Shown here piece by piece: positions 8,278-18,326 of a stretch of 28,641 nucleotides of DNA; position 1 is the stretch's first letter; each line of letters starts with the position of its first letter. The notes under the pieces are model-generated. The model was given only the letters and a program-made list of their open reading frames with translations, was not told where the DNA came from and searched no databases. The translations under genes and the position numbers were made by a program. The stretch is taken from the NCBI GenBank assembly GCA_041740355.1, contig JBGSMD010000019.1:1-28641 (forward strand), read 5' to 3'. The stretch comes from Bdellovibrionota bacterium (GTDB lineage: Bacteria > Bdellovibrionota_C > UBA2361 > CALJRW01).

Positions 8278-9216
8278 ATGCAAACCGAGCATCTCGATAT
8301 CATCCCTTCTATCCATCTCTCTGTGATGCCCAAGGAAGTTATCGATTGCCTACAGTGCCAACTTCCGGGTAAATATTTAGATTGCACTCTGGGAGGAGCT
8401 GGTCACAGTCGTCTGATTTTGCAAGCTAACCCAGCGAATTTAGTATCCGCTGGAGATCGAGATCCAGTTGCAGTGGAGCGATCAAGTGAAGTCTCGGAAC
8501 AGTTCCCAAATCGATTTTTTCCTACGAAGGCAAGCTTTTCCGAGCTTGGAGTAGTGTTCCGGAATGAAAAGTTTGATGGTATCTTAGCCGACTTAGGTAT
8601 CTCCAGTGATCAACTTTTAACTGGTCGTGGATTCTCATTTAAAGATCAAGATTCCTTAGACATGAGAATGGATCCGAGTGCCGGTTTAACCGCTCATGAT
8701 GTAGTAAATACATATTCCCAAAAAGAGTTAATGAATATACTGCGAGTAGGTGGAGTTACTCAGAGCGTAATGCAAATTTCAGACGCGATCATTAAGGCCC
8801 GACCAATTGAAAATGCCGAGCAACTAGCACGTGTGATTAACTCAGCTGCAAAATATAATCCAAAAAAAAAGATAAATCCTGCAACACTGGCTTTCCAAGC
8901 GATAAGAATTGAAGTAAATGATGAGTTAGGGGAAATTAAACGACTTTTGGAAATCTTGCCACAAATTGCTACTGCTGGTTGCCGGCTTGTGATTATCAGC
9001 TTCCATTCGATCGAAGACCAATTAGTTGCTCGTGCCATGCGCAATTGGGCGAACCCCCCACAAAAGCCCGCATTATGGGGTGGTACTGGGAATGCCGAGC
9101 AGGTTAAACCGCTGGGACAACTAGTAACAAAAAAAGCTTTAACGCCAAGTGAAGAGGAAATAGCAATTAATCCTCGAAGTCGAAGCGCTAAACTTAGAAA
9201 TTTTATTTTTCACTAG
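8278..9216 (+). CDS. rsmH: 16S rRNA (C1402-N4) methyltransferase RsmH/MraW
   Basis: DCTLGGAGHS, DLGISSDQL, LDMRMD, FQAIRIEVNDEL, SFHSIED, NPRSRSAKLR. Confidence 0.98.
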   Translation: MQTEHLDIIPSIHLSVMPKEVIDCLQCQLPGKYLDCTLGGAGHSRLILQANPANLVSAGDRDPVAVERSSEVSEQFPNRFFPTKASFSELGVVFRNEKFDGILADLGISSDQLLTGRGFSFKDQDSLDMRMDPSAGLTAHDVVNTYSQKELMNILRVGGVTQSVMQISDAIIKARPIENAEQLARVINSAAKYNPKKKINPATLAFQAIRIEVNDELGEIKRLLEILPQIATAGCRLVIISFHSIEDQLVARAMRNWANPPQKPALWGGTGNAEQVKPLGQLVTKKALTPSEEEIAINPRSRSAKLRNFIFH

Positions 9217-9224
9217 GAGAGCAA

Positions 9225-9539
9225 ATGTCAATTAGCTTACAATATCAAACGGTATACTGTCCGCGTGAAAGAGTGATGAAGCCGGTAACAGCTTGGGCAT
9301 TATCAATTAGCTTCTTAGTAATTGTTTGTGTTTTTAAAATTTCATTAAAAGTTAGTGCTGTCGAATATGGATATGATCTTGCTGACTTCAAAAAGCAGAA
9401 TCAAGTATTAATCAAATCAAAAAAAGAGCTGGAATTACAAAAAGCAATTTTATTGCGCGCGGATCATTTTAAGTCTAAGGCTCTAGCTCTTGGCATGCAA
9501 AATATTTCTCCTAAGCAGATTGTTTATCTACGTAAATGA
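9225..9539 (+). CDS. ftsL: Cell division protein FtsL
   Basis: Single TM helix plus coiled coil ending ALALGM...P; lies between rsmH and ftsI. Confidence 0.8.
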   Translation: MSISLQYQTVYCPRERVMKPVTAWALSISFLVIVCVFKISLKVSAVEYGYDLADFKKQNQVLIKSKKELELQKAILLRADHFKSKALALGMQNISPKQIVYLRK

Positions 9540-11263
9540 AATCGGCTAAATCAAAAGGAAATTCAAGTTTTTATAATTTAGATACTAATCGCAATAAGAT
9601 CAGTTATAATCCATTACTAAGATTAAAACTCGTTAGTTTTTTAATCTTGTTGTGGACGGCCTTTCTAGTTTTTCGTTTATTAAGCTTACAAGTCCTTAAT
9701 CCAGAGAAGTGGATTGAGTGGGCTAATCGCCAACATACTTCAAAAATCCAGATTGCTGCCCAACGCGGGAAAATTCTTGATCGTAACGGCTTAGAGTTAG
9801 CTGTGTCCGTTCCAGCCTCTTCGATTTTTGTGCGTCCGGCTGAATTTGAGCACAAAGATCTGATAGTGAAGGTCTTAGCCGAAGAGTTAAGGATGGAACC
9901 AGAATTAATCGCTAAGAAACTAGAATCCGAAAGTCCCTTTATTTGGATCAAAAGACAAATCCATCGTCATATCGCCGAGAAAATTCTTGCCTACAATTTA
10001 AAAGGCGTTGGAGAAATTGAAGAAGCAAGACGAGTTTATCCTTTTGCCCAATCTGCCAGCACCCTAATCGGTAAAGTTGGAATAGATGGAAATGGGTTAT
10101 CTGGATTAGAGTCGATTCATGAAAGATTATTAAGCCCTGAAAAACTGGAAGTTTCTGTTTATAAAGATGCTTTAGGGAAGAAGATTATTGCTGAAAATTT
10201 TAACCATCAGCAAGTAGTCGGAGAAAACCTACAACTAACGCTGGATGCTGAGTTTCAACAATTTGCCAGTAAAGAATTAGAAAAAGTAGTTATTGAACAT
10301 AAAGCCAAACGAGCAATCGCTGTATTATTAAATGCCAAAAGCGGCGAAGTGATTGCCTTAGGACAAGCGCCATCTGAAAATTTTAATTTAGAAAAAGTAA
10401 GTTCACGGGAAGCATTTTTTAATTATGCCTTACAAGGTTCATACGAACCGGGATCAACCATGAAGCCAATGGTTGCTGCTATGGCACTTAACCTTGGAGC
10501 TGTTACCATCGATGAGATTTTTAATACTGAAAACGGACGCTTTCGAATTGGTCGTAGGACGGTCAAAGATGTCCATGGTTCCAGCCAATTGAGTGTTAGG
10601 GATATCGTGGTGCAGTCATCCAATATTGGGATGAGTAAGATTGCCTTTAAGATGGGCAAAGAAAATCTTTACAAAGGCTTAAGAGATTTTGGGTTTGGAC
10701 AAAGTACCAAACTTGGCGTGCCCGGGGAGGCCGCGGGAATTTTAAGACATATGGATAGTTGGGCCGAGATCGATATTGCAACTCATTCCTTCGGGCAAGG
10801 GGTTGCTGTAACTGCAATGCAATTAACTCGTGCCTTTGCAGCATTAGTTAATGGAGGCTTCTTGCCCAATCTAACCTTAATTGCGAATATTCCGATTACT
10901 AATAAACAGGTATTAACCCCCGAAGTTAGTACTCAAATGCGAGACACTTTGGTTGCTGTAGTTGAACAACCAAATGGCACAGGAAAAAATGCTAAAATTC
11001 CCGGATTAATTGTTGGTGGTAAGACGGGAACGGCACAGAAAGCTAAGACAGATGGCCGAGGGTATGCCTCGGGTGCTTATATCGCATCTTTTATGGGCTT
11101 TGCTGATGGACAAAAAATCGGCATCGATGAAAATTTTGTGCTATTAGTAATGGTGGATGAACCTCATGGTTCCAGTATTTATGGTGGAACTGTTGCCGCA
11201 CCAGTATTTCGAAGAATTATGAAAAACGTATTTTACACCTTAGCGATGCGTAAGAAGTTATAA
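9536..11263 (+). CDS. ftsI: Penicillin-binding protein 3 (septal transpeptidase)
   Basis: RGKILDRNG, YEPGSTMK (SxxK), SSN (SxN), KTGTAQK; N-terminal TM; dcw position. Confidence 0.95.
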   Translation: MKSAKSKGNSSFYNLDTNRNKISYNPLLRLKLVSFLILLWTAFLVFRLLSLQVLNPEKWIEWANRQHTSKIQIAAQRGKILDRNGLELAVSVPASSIFVRPAEFEHKDLIVKVLAEELRMEPELIAKKLESESPFIWIKRQIHRHIAEKILAYNLKGVGEIEEARRVYPFAQSASTLIGKVGIDGNGLSGLESIHERLLSPEKLEVSVYKDALGKKIIAENFNHQQVVGENLQLTLDAEFQQFASKELEKVVIEHKAKRAIAVLLNAKSGEVIALGQAPSENFNLEKVSSREAFFNYALQGSYEPGSTMKPMVAAMALNLGAVTIDEIFNTENGRFRIGRRTVKDVHGSSQLSVRDIVVQSSNIGMSKIAFKMGKENLYKGLRDFGFGQSTKLGVPGEAAGILRHMDSWAEIDIATHSFGQGVAVTAMQLTRAFAALVNGGFLPNLTLIANIPITNKQVLTPEVSTQMRDTLVAVVEQPNGTGKNAKIPGLIVGGKTGTAQKAKTDGRGYASGAYIASFMGFADGQKIGIDENFVLLVMVDEPHGSSIYGGTVAAPVFRRIMKNVFYTLAMRKKL

Positions 11264-11351
11264 TCAACGCTAAGCTTAAGCCGTGTTTCGCAAGAACAAA
11301 TTTAGTAAAATATTCTCTATTGTAATTTCATTTTTGAAAAATTAGATTCAA

Positions 11352-12827
11352 ATGTTAGTTAAATTATCAAAATCTTATAGCTTAAAAGAATTATCTGATT
11401 TAGCAGTGAGTAATTTGCAAGCATCTGCAGAAATCAGCACAAGTTTTCAGTATATCACTACAGATAGTCGCAGCGTTGGCAACCAGACATTATTTATAGC
11501 TCTGGGTAGAGGAGGAGATTTTATTCCATCAGCAATAGCGAGTGGCGCTTCTGCCATTCTACATTTCAATTCTGAGTTAATTCTTCAAAGTCCGTATCTT
11601 CAATTTAGTCATCAAGCAGAGGTCTTACCAAAGATTCTAAATTTTTTATTATTTAGTCCCGCAGACAAAATGCGAATAATTGGAGTTACAGGAACTAATG
11701 GCAAAACTTCGATTAATTGGATGATCTACGAAGCTTGTAATTTATTGCAAAGCAATGCCATGCGAGTTGGAACTCTTGGCATAGCTACTCAACAGCAGAG
11801 TTGGCCAGGGGATTACACTACTCCTGATTTATTAAGTAATTATTATTATTTAGAAGAGGCAATTAAAGCTTCCTGCAAGAATTTTGTGATTGAGGTATCA
11901 TCTCATGCCTTGGCACAAGATCGAGTCTTAGGGATCGATTTTGACGTAGCGATTTATACTAATTTAACGAGAGACCACTTTGATTATCATGGTAATTATG
12001 AAAATTACTTTTTAGCCAAGCGCAAATTATTTGAATCTTTGATTCACTCATCAAAAGAAAATAAAATTGCGATTATTAATCAAGATTGTCCATATGCCTT
12101 AGGATTAATAGAGTTACTTCAAAATACAAATGTACAAATCGTAACTGTTGGTCGCGGCAGAAATTCGAATCTGCAGATTTTTCCAAGTGAGCAGACAGCA
12201 AAAGGTGCTGCTTATCATTTCAGTTATAAAGGACAAGATTTTAAATTTTATTCTAAGATTATTGGAAAATTTAATGAAGACAACTTAGCAGTTGTCTTAG
12301 CCTTTGTTGCTGAATATTATGGGTTGGACCAGGTTTTAGCTTGTTTACCTCAAATCAGACCAGTACCCGGTCGATTAGAACCGATTAGTAATTCGAAACT
12401 AGCAACTTTTGTCGATTATGCTCATACTCCTGATGCCTTAGAGAATGCTTTAATAACTCTCCGTTTGATAACACCCAAAGACTCTAAGCTTTGGGTAATT
12501 TTTGGATGTGGAGGAGATCGGGATAAGGGAAAACGCCCCCTGATGGGAGCAATTGCCAATAAGTTTGCTGACCGCGTGGTTGTGACTTCTGATAACCCAC
12601 GAACAGAAGATCCTCTGCAAATCATTCAAGACATTACCAAAGGAATCTCTGTTGACTTTGTTGAGGCAGATCGGGAGTTGGCAATTAAGCAAACATTAGC
12701 TAAAGCTGATAGTGGAGATTTAATCCTGATTGCTGGGAAAGGTCATGAAGACTACCAAGAAATAAATAAAGTTAAATATCCTTTTAGTGATCAACAAATC
12801 ATCGAACATTTTTTTCAACTAAGTTAG
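11352..12827 (+). CDS. murE: UDP-MurNAc-L-Ala-D-Glu--meso-DAP ligase
   Basis: GVTGTNGKTS, EVSSHAL, DYAHTPDAL, GCGGDRDKGKRP, DNPR (mDAP specificity motif), AGKGHEDYQ. Confidence 0.97.
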   Translation: MLVKLSKSYSLKELSDLAVSNLQASAEISTSFQYITTDSRSVGNQTLFIALGRGGDFIPSAIASGASAILHFNSELILQSPYLQFSHQAEVLPKILNFLLFSPADKMRIIGVTGTNGKTSINWMIYEACNLLQSNAMRVGTLGIATQQQSWPGDYTTPDLLSNYYYLEEAIKASCKNFVIEVSSHALAQDRVLGIDFDVAIYTNLTRDHFDYHGNYENYFLAKRKLFESLIHSSKENKIAIINQDCPYALGLIELLQNTNVQIVTVGRGRNSNLQIFPSEQTAKGAAYHFSYKGQDFKFYSKIIGKFNEDNLAVVLAFVAEYYGLDQVLACLPQIRPVPGRLEPISNSKLATFVDYAHTPDALENALITLRLITPKDSKLWVIFGCGGDRDKGKRPLMGAIANKFADRVVVTSDNPRTEDPLQIIQDITKGISVDFVEADRELAIKQTLAKADSGDLILIAGKGHEDYQEINKVKYPFSDQQIIEHFFQLS

Positions 12828-12834
12828 GCGTAAT

Positions 12835-13911
12835 ATGTTTTATTATCTTTGGTATTATTTAGGCGCTGATTATACTTGGTTAAATATTTTTAGGTACATT
12901 ACATTTCGTTCCTTTCTGGCTTTCTCCTTATCATTTTTAGTAGTTATTTTCTTACAACCAATCTTTATTCGTATTATTCAAGGAATGTTTAAGTCAGGTC
13001 AGCCGATTCGAGATGACGGACCCGAGTCACACGCGGTAAAAGTTGGAACTCCAACTATGGGTGGAATTGTAATAATTTTTTCAGTATTAGTTTCCACTTT
13101 ATTATTTGCAAACCTCGATGTTTATTACGTCTGGTTGGTTCTAATGGTGTTCCTTGGCATGGCTGGCTTAGGTTTTGCTGATGACTGGTTAAAGATTAAG
13201 TATAAAAATCCGAAGGGTGTCAGCGGAAAAATTAAACTTTTAACTCAAGCATCAATTTCCTTATTAGTTGGTTTGATCCTTTTGCAACAAGCTTTTCCTA
13301 CTTTCTTAAATGTTCCATTTTTTAAGCATCTAGCAATTCCTTTAGGATTGTTCTTCGTCATCTTTACATTAATTGTAATTGTGGGATCTTCTAATGCGGT
13401 AAATTTAACTGATGGCCTGGATGGCTTGGTGATTGGTCCTGTTATTACAACGGCGCTCGCCTTTGGAATTATTGCTTATCTAGTTGGAAACGTAGAATGG
13501 TCAAAATATCTTAACATTACCTATGTTTCGGGAGCCGGAGAACTTTGTATTATTCTCTCGGCCGTATTAGCATCGGGGCTTGCTTTTCTTTGGTATAACT
13601 CCTACCCAGCTCAAGTCTTCATGGGAGATGTAGGCGCTTTGGCTCTTGGAGGTCTGCTTGGTACAATTGCTGTTATTGTTAAACAAGAATTTTTACTTGC
13701 AATTGCCGGAGGGATCTTCGTAGTGGAAGCAGTATCCGTAATTATGCAACGTTATTATTACAAATTAACTAAGAAACGAATATTTCGGATGGCACCAATT
13801 CACCATCATTTTGAATTACTTGGTTGGCCAGAACCAAAAGTTATTGTGCGATTTTGGATTGTTTCTTTAATGTTGGCAATTATGGCTTTGGCTACATTGA
13901 AGTTGAGATAA
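12835..13911 (+). CDS. mraY: Phospho-N-acetylmuramoyl-pentapeptide transferase
   Basis: GTPTMGG, NAVNLTDGLDGL, FMGDVG, MAPIHHHFE. Confidence 0.99.
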   Translation: MFYYLWYYLGADYTWLNIFRYITFRSFLAFSLSFLVVIFLQPIFIRIIQGMFKSGQPIRDDGPESHAVKVGTPTMGGIVIIFSVLVSTLLFANLDVYYVWLVLMVFLGMAGLGFADDWLKIKYKNPKGVSGKIKLLTQASISLLVGLILLQQAFPTFLNVPFFKHLAIPLGLFFVIFTLIVIVGSSNAVNLTDGLDGLVIGPVITTALAFGIIAYLVGNVEWSKYLNITYVSGAGELCIILSAVLASGLAFLWYNSYPAQVFMGDVGALALGGLLGTIAVIVKQEFLLAIAGGIFVVEAVSVIMQRYYYKLTKKRIFRMAPIHHHFELLGWPEPKVIVRFWIVSLMLAIMALATLKLR

Positions 13912-13914
13912 ATT

Positions 13915-15051
13915 GTGAATAGTATTACTTCTAACCGACAGTTAAAACCGCCCTTCTTAATCGACGTAACACTTTTACTAACAGCTGTGATTATCTCCAG
14001 TTTAAGTTTATTAATGATTTACTCCACTACTGGAGTTTCCGCTGCTGAGAAATTTGGTGACCCTTATTTTTTTGTTAAGCGCCAAGCAGTCGCAGTTATC
14101 ATTGGATTCATCGGACTCTTCCTGGCAACAAAACTAAAGCTAACAACAGTTCGAAAAATATCTCCGTATTGTCTTTTGTTAGCAATGGCCTTTGTCATCA
14201 TCACCTTTATTCCCGGGATTGGTAGATCCTCAGGAGGAGCTCAGCGCTGGATTAATTTACCATTAATTAGTTTTCAACCTGCTGAAATTTCCAAGATATT
14301 ATATGTAATTTTTCTAGCTGGATATTTTGCGCGCAGAGAGGAAAAACTAGGAAGTTGTGTCTACTCAATTATTATTCCAGTACTTTTTATTGGGCTTCTT
14401 TGTGCCTTACTTTTAAAACAACCAGATTTTGGTAGTTCGGCAATTATCGCTTCAGTGACATTTTCCATGATTTTGCTGGCTGGTGTTCGGCCAAAGCATT
14501 TGCTTTATGGTTTTGTGCCAGTTGCAGTTGCTGGTGTTTATTTAGTAGCGACATCCAGTTATCGGATGAAAAGGATATTAGCATTTCTTTCTCCCGATGA
14601 AGATCTATTAGGAAGAGGGTATCAACTTAGTCAGTCTTTAATCGCCGTAAGTGCTGGCTCATGGACTGGTGTTGGAATTGGCGCTGGACGTCAAAAACTA
14701 CATTTTCTCCCTGCTGCCCACACTGACTTTCTGTTTGCAGTAGTGGCAGAAGAATGGGGGTTTCTGGGTGGTGTAGCGATCATCTGTGCCTTCTTAATGA
14801 TTTTTTGGAGAGGAACGCGGATTGCCAAACGTTTATTGCCCGATCAATTTTTATTTGGTCTAGCTTTTGGATTGACCATGCTGTTAATCATTCCAATGCT
14901 TTTAAATATTGGTGTTGTAACCGGAGTTTTACCAACTAAAGGACTAGTTCTCCCATTATTAGGATATGGAGGATCCAGTATGATTAGTAGTCTAATTATC
15001 ATTGGATTATTATTAGCATTGGCTAAACATTGTTATCGAAATGCAATCTAA
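13915..15051 (+). CDS. ftsW: SEDS peptidoglycan glycosyltransferase FtsW
   Basis: GAQRWI, FQPAE, QPDFG, LPAAHTDF, LPTKGL; directly before murG. Confidence 0.95.
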   Translation: MNSITSNRQLKPPFLIDVTLLLTAVIISSLSLLMIYSTTGVSAAEKFGDPYFFVKRQAVAVIIGFIGLFLATKLKLTTVRKISPYCLLLAMAFVIITFIPGIGRSSGGAQRWINLPLISFQPAEISKILYVIFLAGYFARREEKLGSCVYSIIIPVLFIGLLCALLLKQPDFGSSAIIASVTFSMILLAGVRPKHLLYGFVPVAVAGVYLVATSSYRMKRILAFLSPDEDLLGRGYQLSQSLIAVSAGSWTGVGIGAGRQKLHFLPAAHTDFLFAVVAEEWGFLGGVAIICAFLMIFWRGTRIAKRLLPDQFLFGLAFGLTMLLIIPMLLNIGVVTGVLPTKGLVLPLLGYGGSSMISSLIIIGLLLALAKHCYRNAI

Positions 15052-16093
15052 GAAAATTTTAATCGCAGCGAGTGGCAGTGGGGGACATTTATTGCCCGCG
15101 CTGTATATCGCCGAAGAGTTTCAAAAATTATTGCCTGATTCAAAAATTGAATTTTGTGGATCAGGTCGTCCCTTAGAGGAAAAGCTTATTGGTCGTAGGG
15201 GATATCCAATTAACATTATTCCGATTGTCGGGGTTAGTCGCAGGGGACTACTTGGTAAAGTGGAATTTATGTTTAAGTTACCTTGGGCATTTCTGAAAAC
15301 TCTTTACTTTATGTTTCGTTTTAAGCCTGATCTTGTTTTGGGGGTTGGCGGTTACATTTCAGTTTTGCCAATTATTCTTGGTAAGCTTTGTTTTGCAAAA
15401 ACTGTCATTCATGAGGCTGAGCTTCATCCCGGGATGGCTAATCGCTATTTGTCATATTTCGCAGATCTAGCAACTTTAGCAAATTTAGAAACTCAATTTC
15501 CTGGTAAAGTTAAGAAGGCTTTTACTGGGCAACCTTTAAATCCAAAACTCTTTAGTCTGAGTTATCCTTTCCCAACTGAGTTAAAACGAATTTTAATTTT
15601 AGGAGGTTCACAAGGTGCAAATAAATTAGACCTTGGAATTGCAGGCTTAGCAGATTTTTTTGCTTCAGAGGGTATCGCTATTAAGCATCAATCTAGACCC
15701 GAAAATACTGATCATTTAAAAACTGTTTATCAAGAAAAAAAGATTGCAGCTGAAGTCTTTAGTTTTAGTGACGAGATTCCAGCATTCTATCAGTGGGCCG
15801 ATTTAATAATTACTCGAAGTGGATTAAATACTGTTCGTGAATTAGAATTGATTGGAAAGCCAGCGATTTTTGTGCCTCTTCCTAAAGCACCAGAACAAAG
15901 AGAGAATGCCGAACAATATAAACAAAGATTTTTAGCTGAAATAATTTCTGAGTCTGAGGATCTAAGTGCGGAATTAGAAGCTAAAATAAGAGTGATCTCC
16001 AAAGTAATTCTATCTTATCATCCTAAGCAGATAGCTGTAATAAATGGTAGTCAGCAGATTGCGAAGAAACTTGTTGATCTGGTTTCTAAATAA
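15041..16093 (+). CDS. murG: Lipid II GlcNAc transferase MurG
   Basis: GSGGHLLPA, GVGGY, GMANR, GGSQGA; overlaps the ftsW end. Confidence 0.93.
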   Translation: MQSKKILIAASGSGGHLLPALYIAEEFQKLLPDSKIEFCGSGRPLEEKLIGRRGYPINIIPIVGVSRRGLLGKVEFMFKLPWAFLKTLYFMFRFKPDLVLGVGGYISVLPIILGKLCFAKTVIHEAELHPGMANRYLSYFADLATLANLETQFPGKVKKAFTGQPLNPKLFSLSYPFPTELKRILILGGSQGANKLDLGIAGLADFFASEGIAIKHQSRPENTDHLKTVYQEKKIAAEVFSFSDEIPAFYQWADLIITRSGLNTVRELELIGKPAIFVPLPKAPEQRENAEQYKQRFLAEIISESEDLSAELEAKIRVISKVILSYHPKQIAVINGSQQIAKKLVDLVSK

Positions 16094-16357
16094 TCCGTCT
16101 CCGCCAGAAGTTGTTATATATTAAGAAGATGTTTATGGGCTTCGACGCGACGAGTCCGTCTCCGCCAGAAGTTGTTATATATTAAGAAGATGTTTATGGG
16201 CTCTCCCCCTTCGCTAAAGCTTCGGAGGACAAGTCGACGCGAGGCAGTGTCAGGATTTATTTGTTAGGATATCAGATTAATTTTATTTTAAACAATCCAC
16301 CGTCGCTAGGAGTTATTTAAAACTAAGATGACATCATAAGGCTCTGGCGTGACGCAG
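16094..16357. repeat. Cluster of ~60-bp palindromic elements: tandem pair (48 bp identical at 16094-16141 and 16155-16202), a short form nested at 16203-16233, and a diverged copy at about 16296-16357
   Basis: tccgtctccgccagaagttgttatatattaagaagatgtttatgggct occurs twice at 61-bp period. The short unit ccttcgctaaagcttcggaggacaag lies between gggct and tcgacgcga in copy 2. Confidence 0.85.
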
Positions 16358-16393
16358 TCTTTCTTGAGTCCTCGCAAATCAAGAAAGACTGCG
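16353..16393. terminator. 15-bp stem-loop between murG and the aspS promoter (possible terminator)
   Basis: cgcagtctttcttga...tcaagaaagactgcg. No clear U-tract, so function is uncertain. Confidence 0.4.
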
Positions 16394-16394
16394 C

Positions 16395-16422
16395 TTGACA
16401 TTATATCCTGAAGAAATACTAT
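16395..16422 (+). promoter_or_regulatory. Sigma70-type promoter for aspS
   Basis: TTGACA-16 bp-TACTAT, ending 37 bp before the ATG. Confidence 0.6.
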
Positions 16423-16459
16423 GTCTAACTTCCTTATTTACCGAACAATAATTATATAA

Positions 16460-18253
16460 ATGAATAACTTAGCCAGCTTATATCGCTCTCATACTTGTCA
16501 AGATTTAAGATCAACGGATGTCGATTCCACCGTTACATTATCTGGTTGGATTTTACGTAAACGTGATCATGGTGGCGTAATGTTTATCGATCTTCGTGAC
16601 CATTATGGAGTTACTCAAATCGTAATTTCTGGCGAGCAAGCAGCAAAACTTCAAGATATTAGAATTGAATCAGTAATAACGGCCAAGGGTCTAGTGAAAC
16701 TTCGTGATGCTAAAATGGCAAATGCAAAAATCCCAACTGGTGAGGTTGAGGTTCATGCTACTCAAATTGAAATTATTTCCTCTGCCGATGTTTTACCTTT
16801 CTTGATTGACGAAGATGATAATGCCCCCGAAGCAATACGTTTAAAATCTAGGTTTTTAGAATTAAGACGAGAAAAACTTCATAAGAATATTGTACTACGT
16901 TCTAAGATCATTTCTAAAATGCGTGAAGTAATGAACTCGTTAGGGTTCATGGAATTCCAAACTCCAATTCTAACAAGTAGTTCTCCGGAAGGAGCTCGTG
17001 ATTTTATAGTTCCTTCGCGTTTACATCCTGGAAAATTCTACGCTCTGCCTCAAGCTCCTCAACAGTTTAAACAATTACTGATGGTTTCTGGCTTTGATCG
17101 CTATTTCCAAATTGCACCATGTTTTCGTGATGAAGATGCTAGGGCCGACAGGTCTCCCGGGGAATTCTATCAGCTTGATATGGAATTATCCTTTGTAGAA
17201 AGAGATGATATCTTAAAAGTAAATGAAGCAATGATGACTAGCGTGGTTAAAGCTTTTACTGAGCTGCCAGTTACTTCTGCTCCATTTCCACATTTACCAT
17301 ACACGGAAGCAGTTAATACCTATGGTTCTGATAAGCCAGACTTAAGAAACCCACTAAGATTAGTGGAAGTGAATCAGGTATTTAGTGATACCGCGTTCCG
17401 GGTATTCCAAGGTATACTCGCGGATGCTGGTAAAGTTTGGGCAATCAAATTAGATCCCAAAGATATTCCTTCCCGTAAATATTTTGATGATTTAATTGCT
17501 GATTTTACTAAGAATTCAGGTTCTGGTTTGGGCTACTTAATTTATGAAGCTGGTGAGTATCGTGGCTCATTCCAGAAGCTTGTTACTCCAGAAGAAGTGG
17601 AAAGCTTAAAAGTAAAAATGTCAGTGGGAGAGAAAAGCTTAGTATTTTTAGCGGCTGGTAAACCAAAAACTATGTTGCCACACTTGGGACGTCTTCGTAC
17701 TCAGTTAGGAAACGATTTTGGCTTAATCAACAAAGATGAATTTAATTTTTGTTGGATTACAGATTTTCCTTTTTACGAGGAAGATTTGGAAACTGGCAAG
17801 ATCGACTTCTCACACAATCCTTTTTCTATGCCACAAGGCGGAATGGAGGCACTTAATAATTCCAATCCCCTAGAAATTAAAGCCATCCAATATGACTTAA
17901 TCTTAAATGGTTATGAACTAGCCAGTGGGGGAATTCGTAATCACTCACCAGAGATAATGTATAAAGCTTTTGAAATTGTGGGTTATGGTCCAGAAGTTGT
18001 TGAAGAAAAATTTTCTGGACTACTAAAAGCATTCAAGTTCGGAGCACCTCCTCACGGTGGTATCGCTCATGGTGTGGAAAGATTGGTGATGTTGTTGTCT
18101 GGCGAAGAGGCAATCCGTGACGTAACTCCTTTTCCGTTAGCGCAAAATGGGGAAGATTTGTTGATGAATGCTCCTTCCAATGTTAGTAAAAAACAACTCA
18201 AGGAAGTACATATTGATGTTGTCGTTCCTAAGAAGGAAAATTTAATTGCCTAA
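16460..18253 (+). CDS. aspS: Aspartate--tRNA ligase, probably non-discriminating Asp/Asn
   Basis: YRSHTC, RDHGG..FIDLRD, PEGARDF, LPQAPQQFKQLLM, CFRDED, GAPPHGGIA. Confidence 0.98.
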   Translation: MNNLASLYRSHTCQDLRSTDVDSTVTLSGWILRKRDHGGVMFIDLRDHYGVTQIVISGEQAAKLQDIRIESVITAKGLVKLRDAKMANAKIPTGEVEVHATQIEIISSADVLPFLIDEDDNAPEAIRLKSRFLELRREKLHKNIVLRSKIISKMREVMNSLGFMEFQTPILTSSSPEGARDFIVPSRLHPGKFYALPQAPQQFKQLLMVSGFDRYFQIAPCFRDEDARADRSPGEFYQLDMELSFVERDDILKVNEAMMTSVVKAFTELPVTSAPFPHLPYTEAVNTYGSDKPDLRNPLRLVEVNQVFSDTAFRVFQGILADAGKVWAIKLDPKDIPSRKYFDDLIADFTKNSGSGLGYLIYEAGEYRGSFQKLVTPEEVESLKVKMSVGEKSLVFLAAGKPKTMLPHLGRLRTQLGNDFGLINKDEFNFCWITDFPFYEEDLETGKIDFSHNPFSMPQGGMEALNNSNPLEIKAIQYDLILNGYELASGGIRNHSPEIMYKAFEIVGYGPEVVEEKFSGLLKAFKFGAPPHGGIAHGVERLVMLLSGEEAIRDVTPFPLAQNGEDLLMNAPSNVSKKQLKEVHIDVVVPKKENLIA

Positions 18254-18326
18254 TTTTTATCTATAGCTCTGAAGATAAAATTTGCTAATAATATTATCGA
18301 TATTAAAACTTTATTTAAATAATCTT

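Noticed and set aside
8862-8870. A9 homopolymer as a phase-variation tract in rsmH
   Set aside because: In frame, encodes PKKK, and unremarkable in an AT-rich genome.
18282-18326. TTG start given by the ORF track
   Set aside because: ATG at 18327 gives a clean signal peptide.
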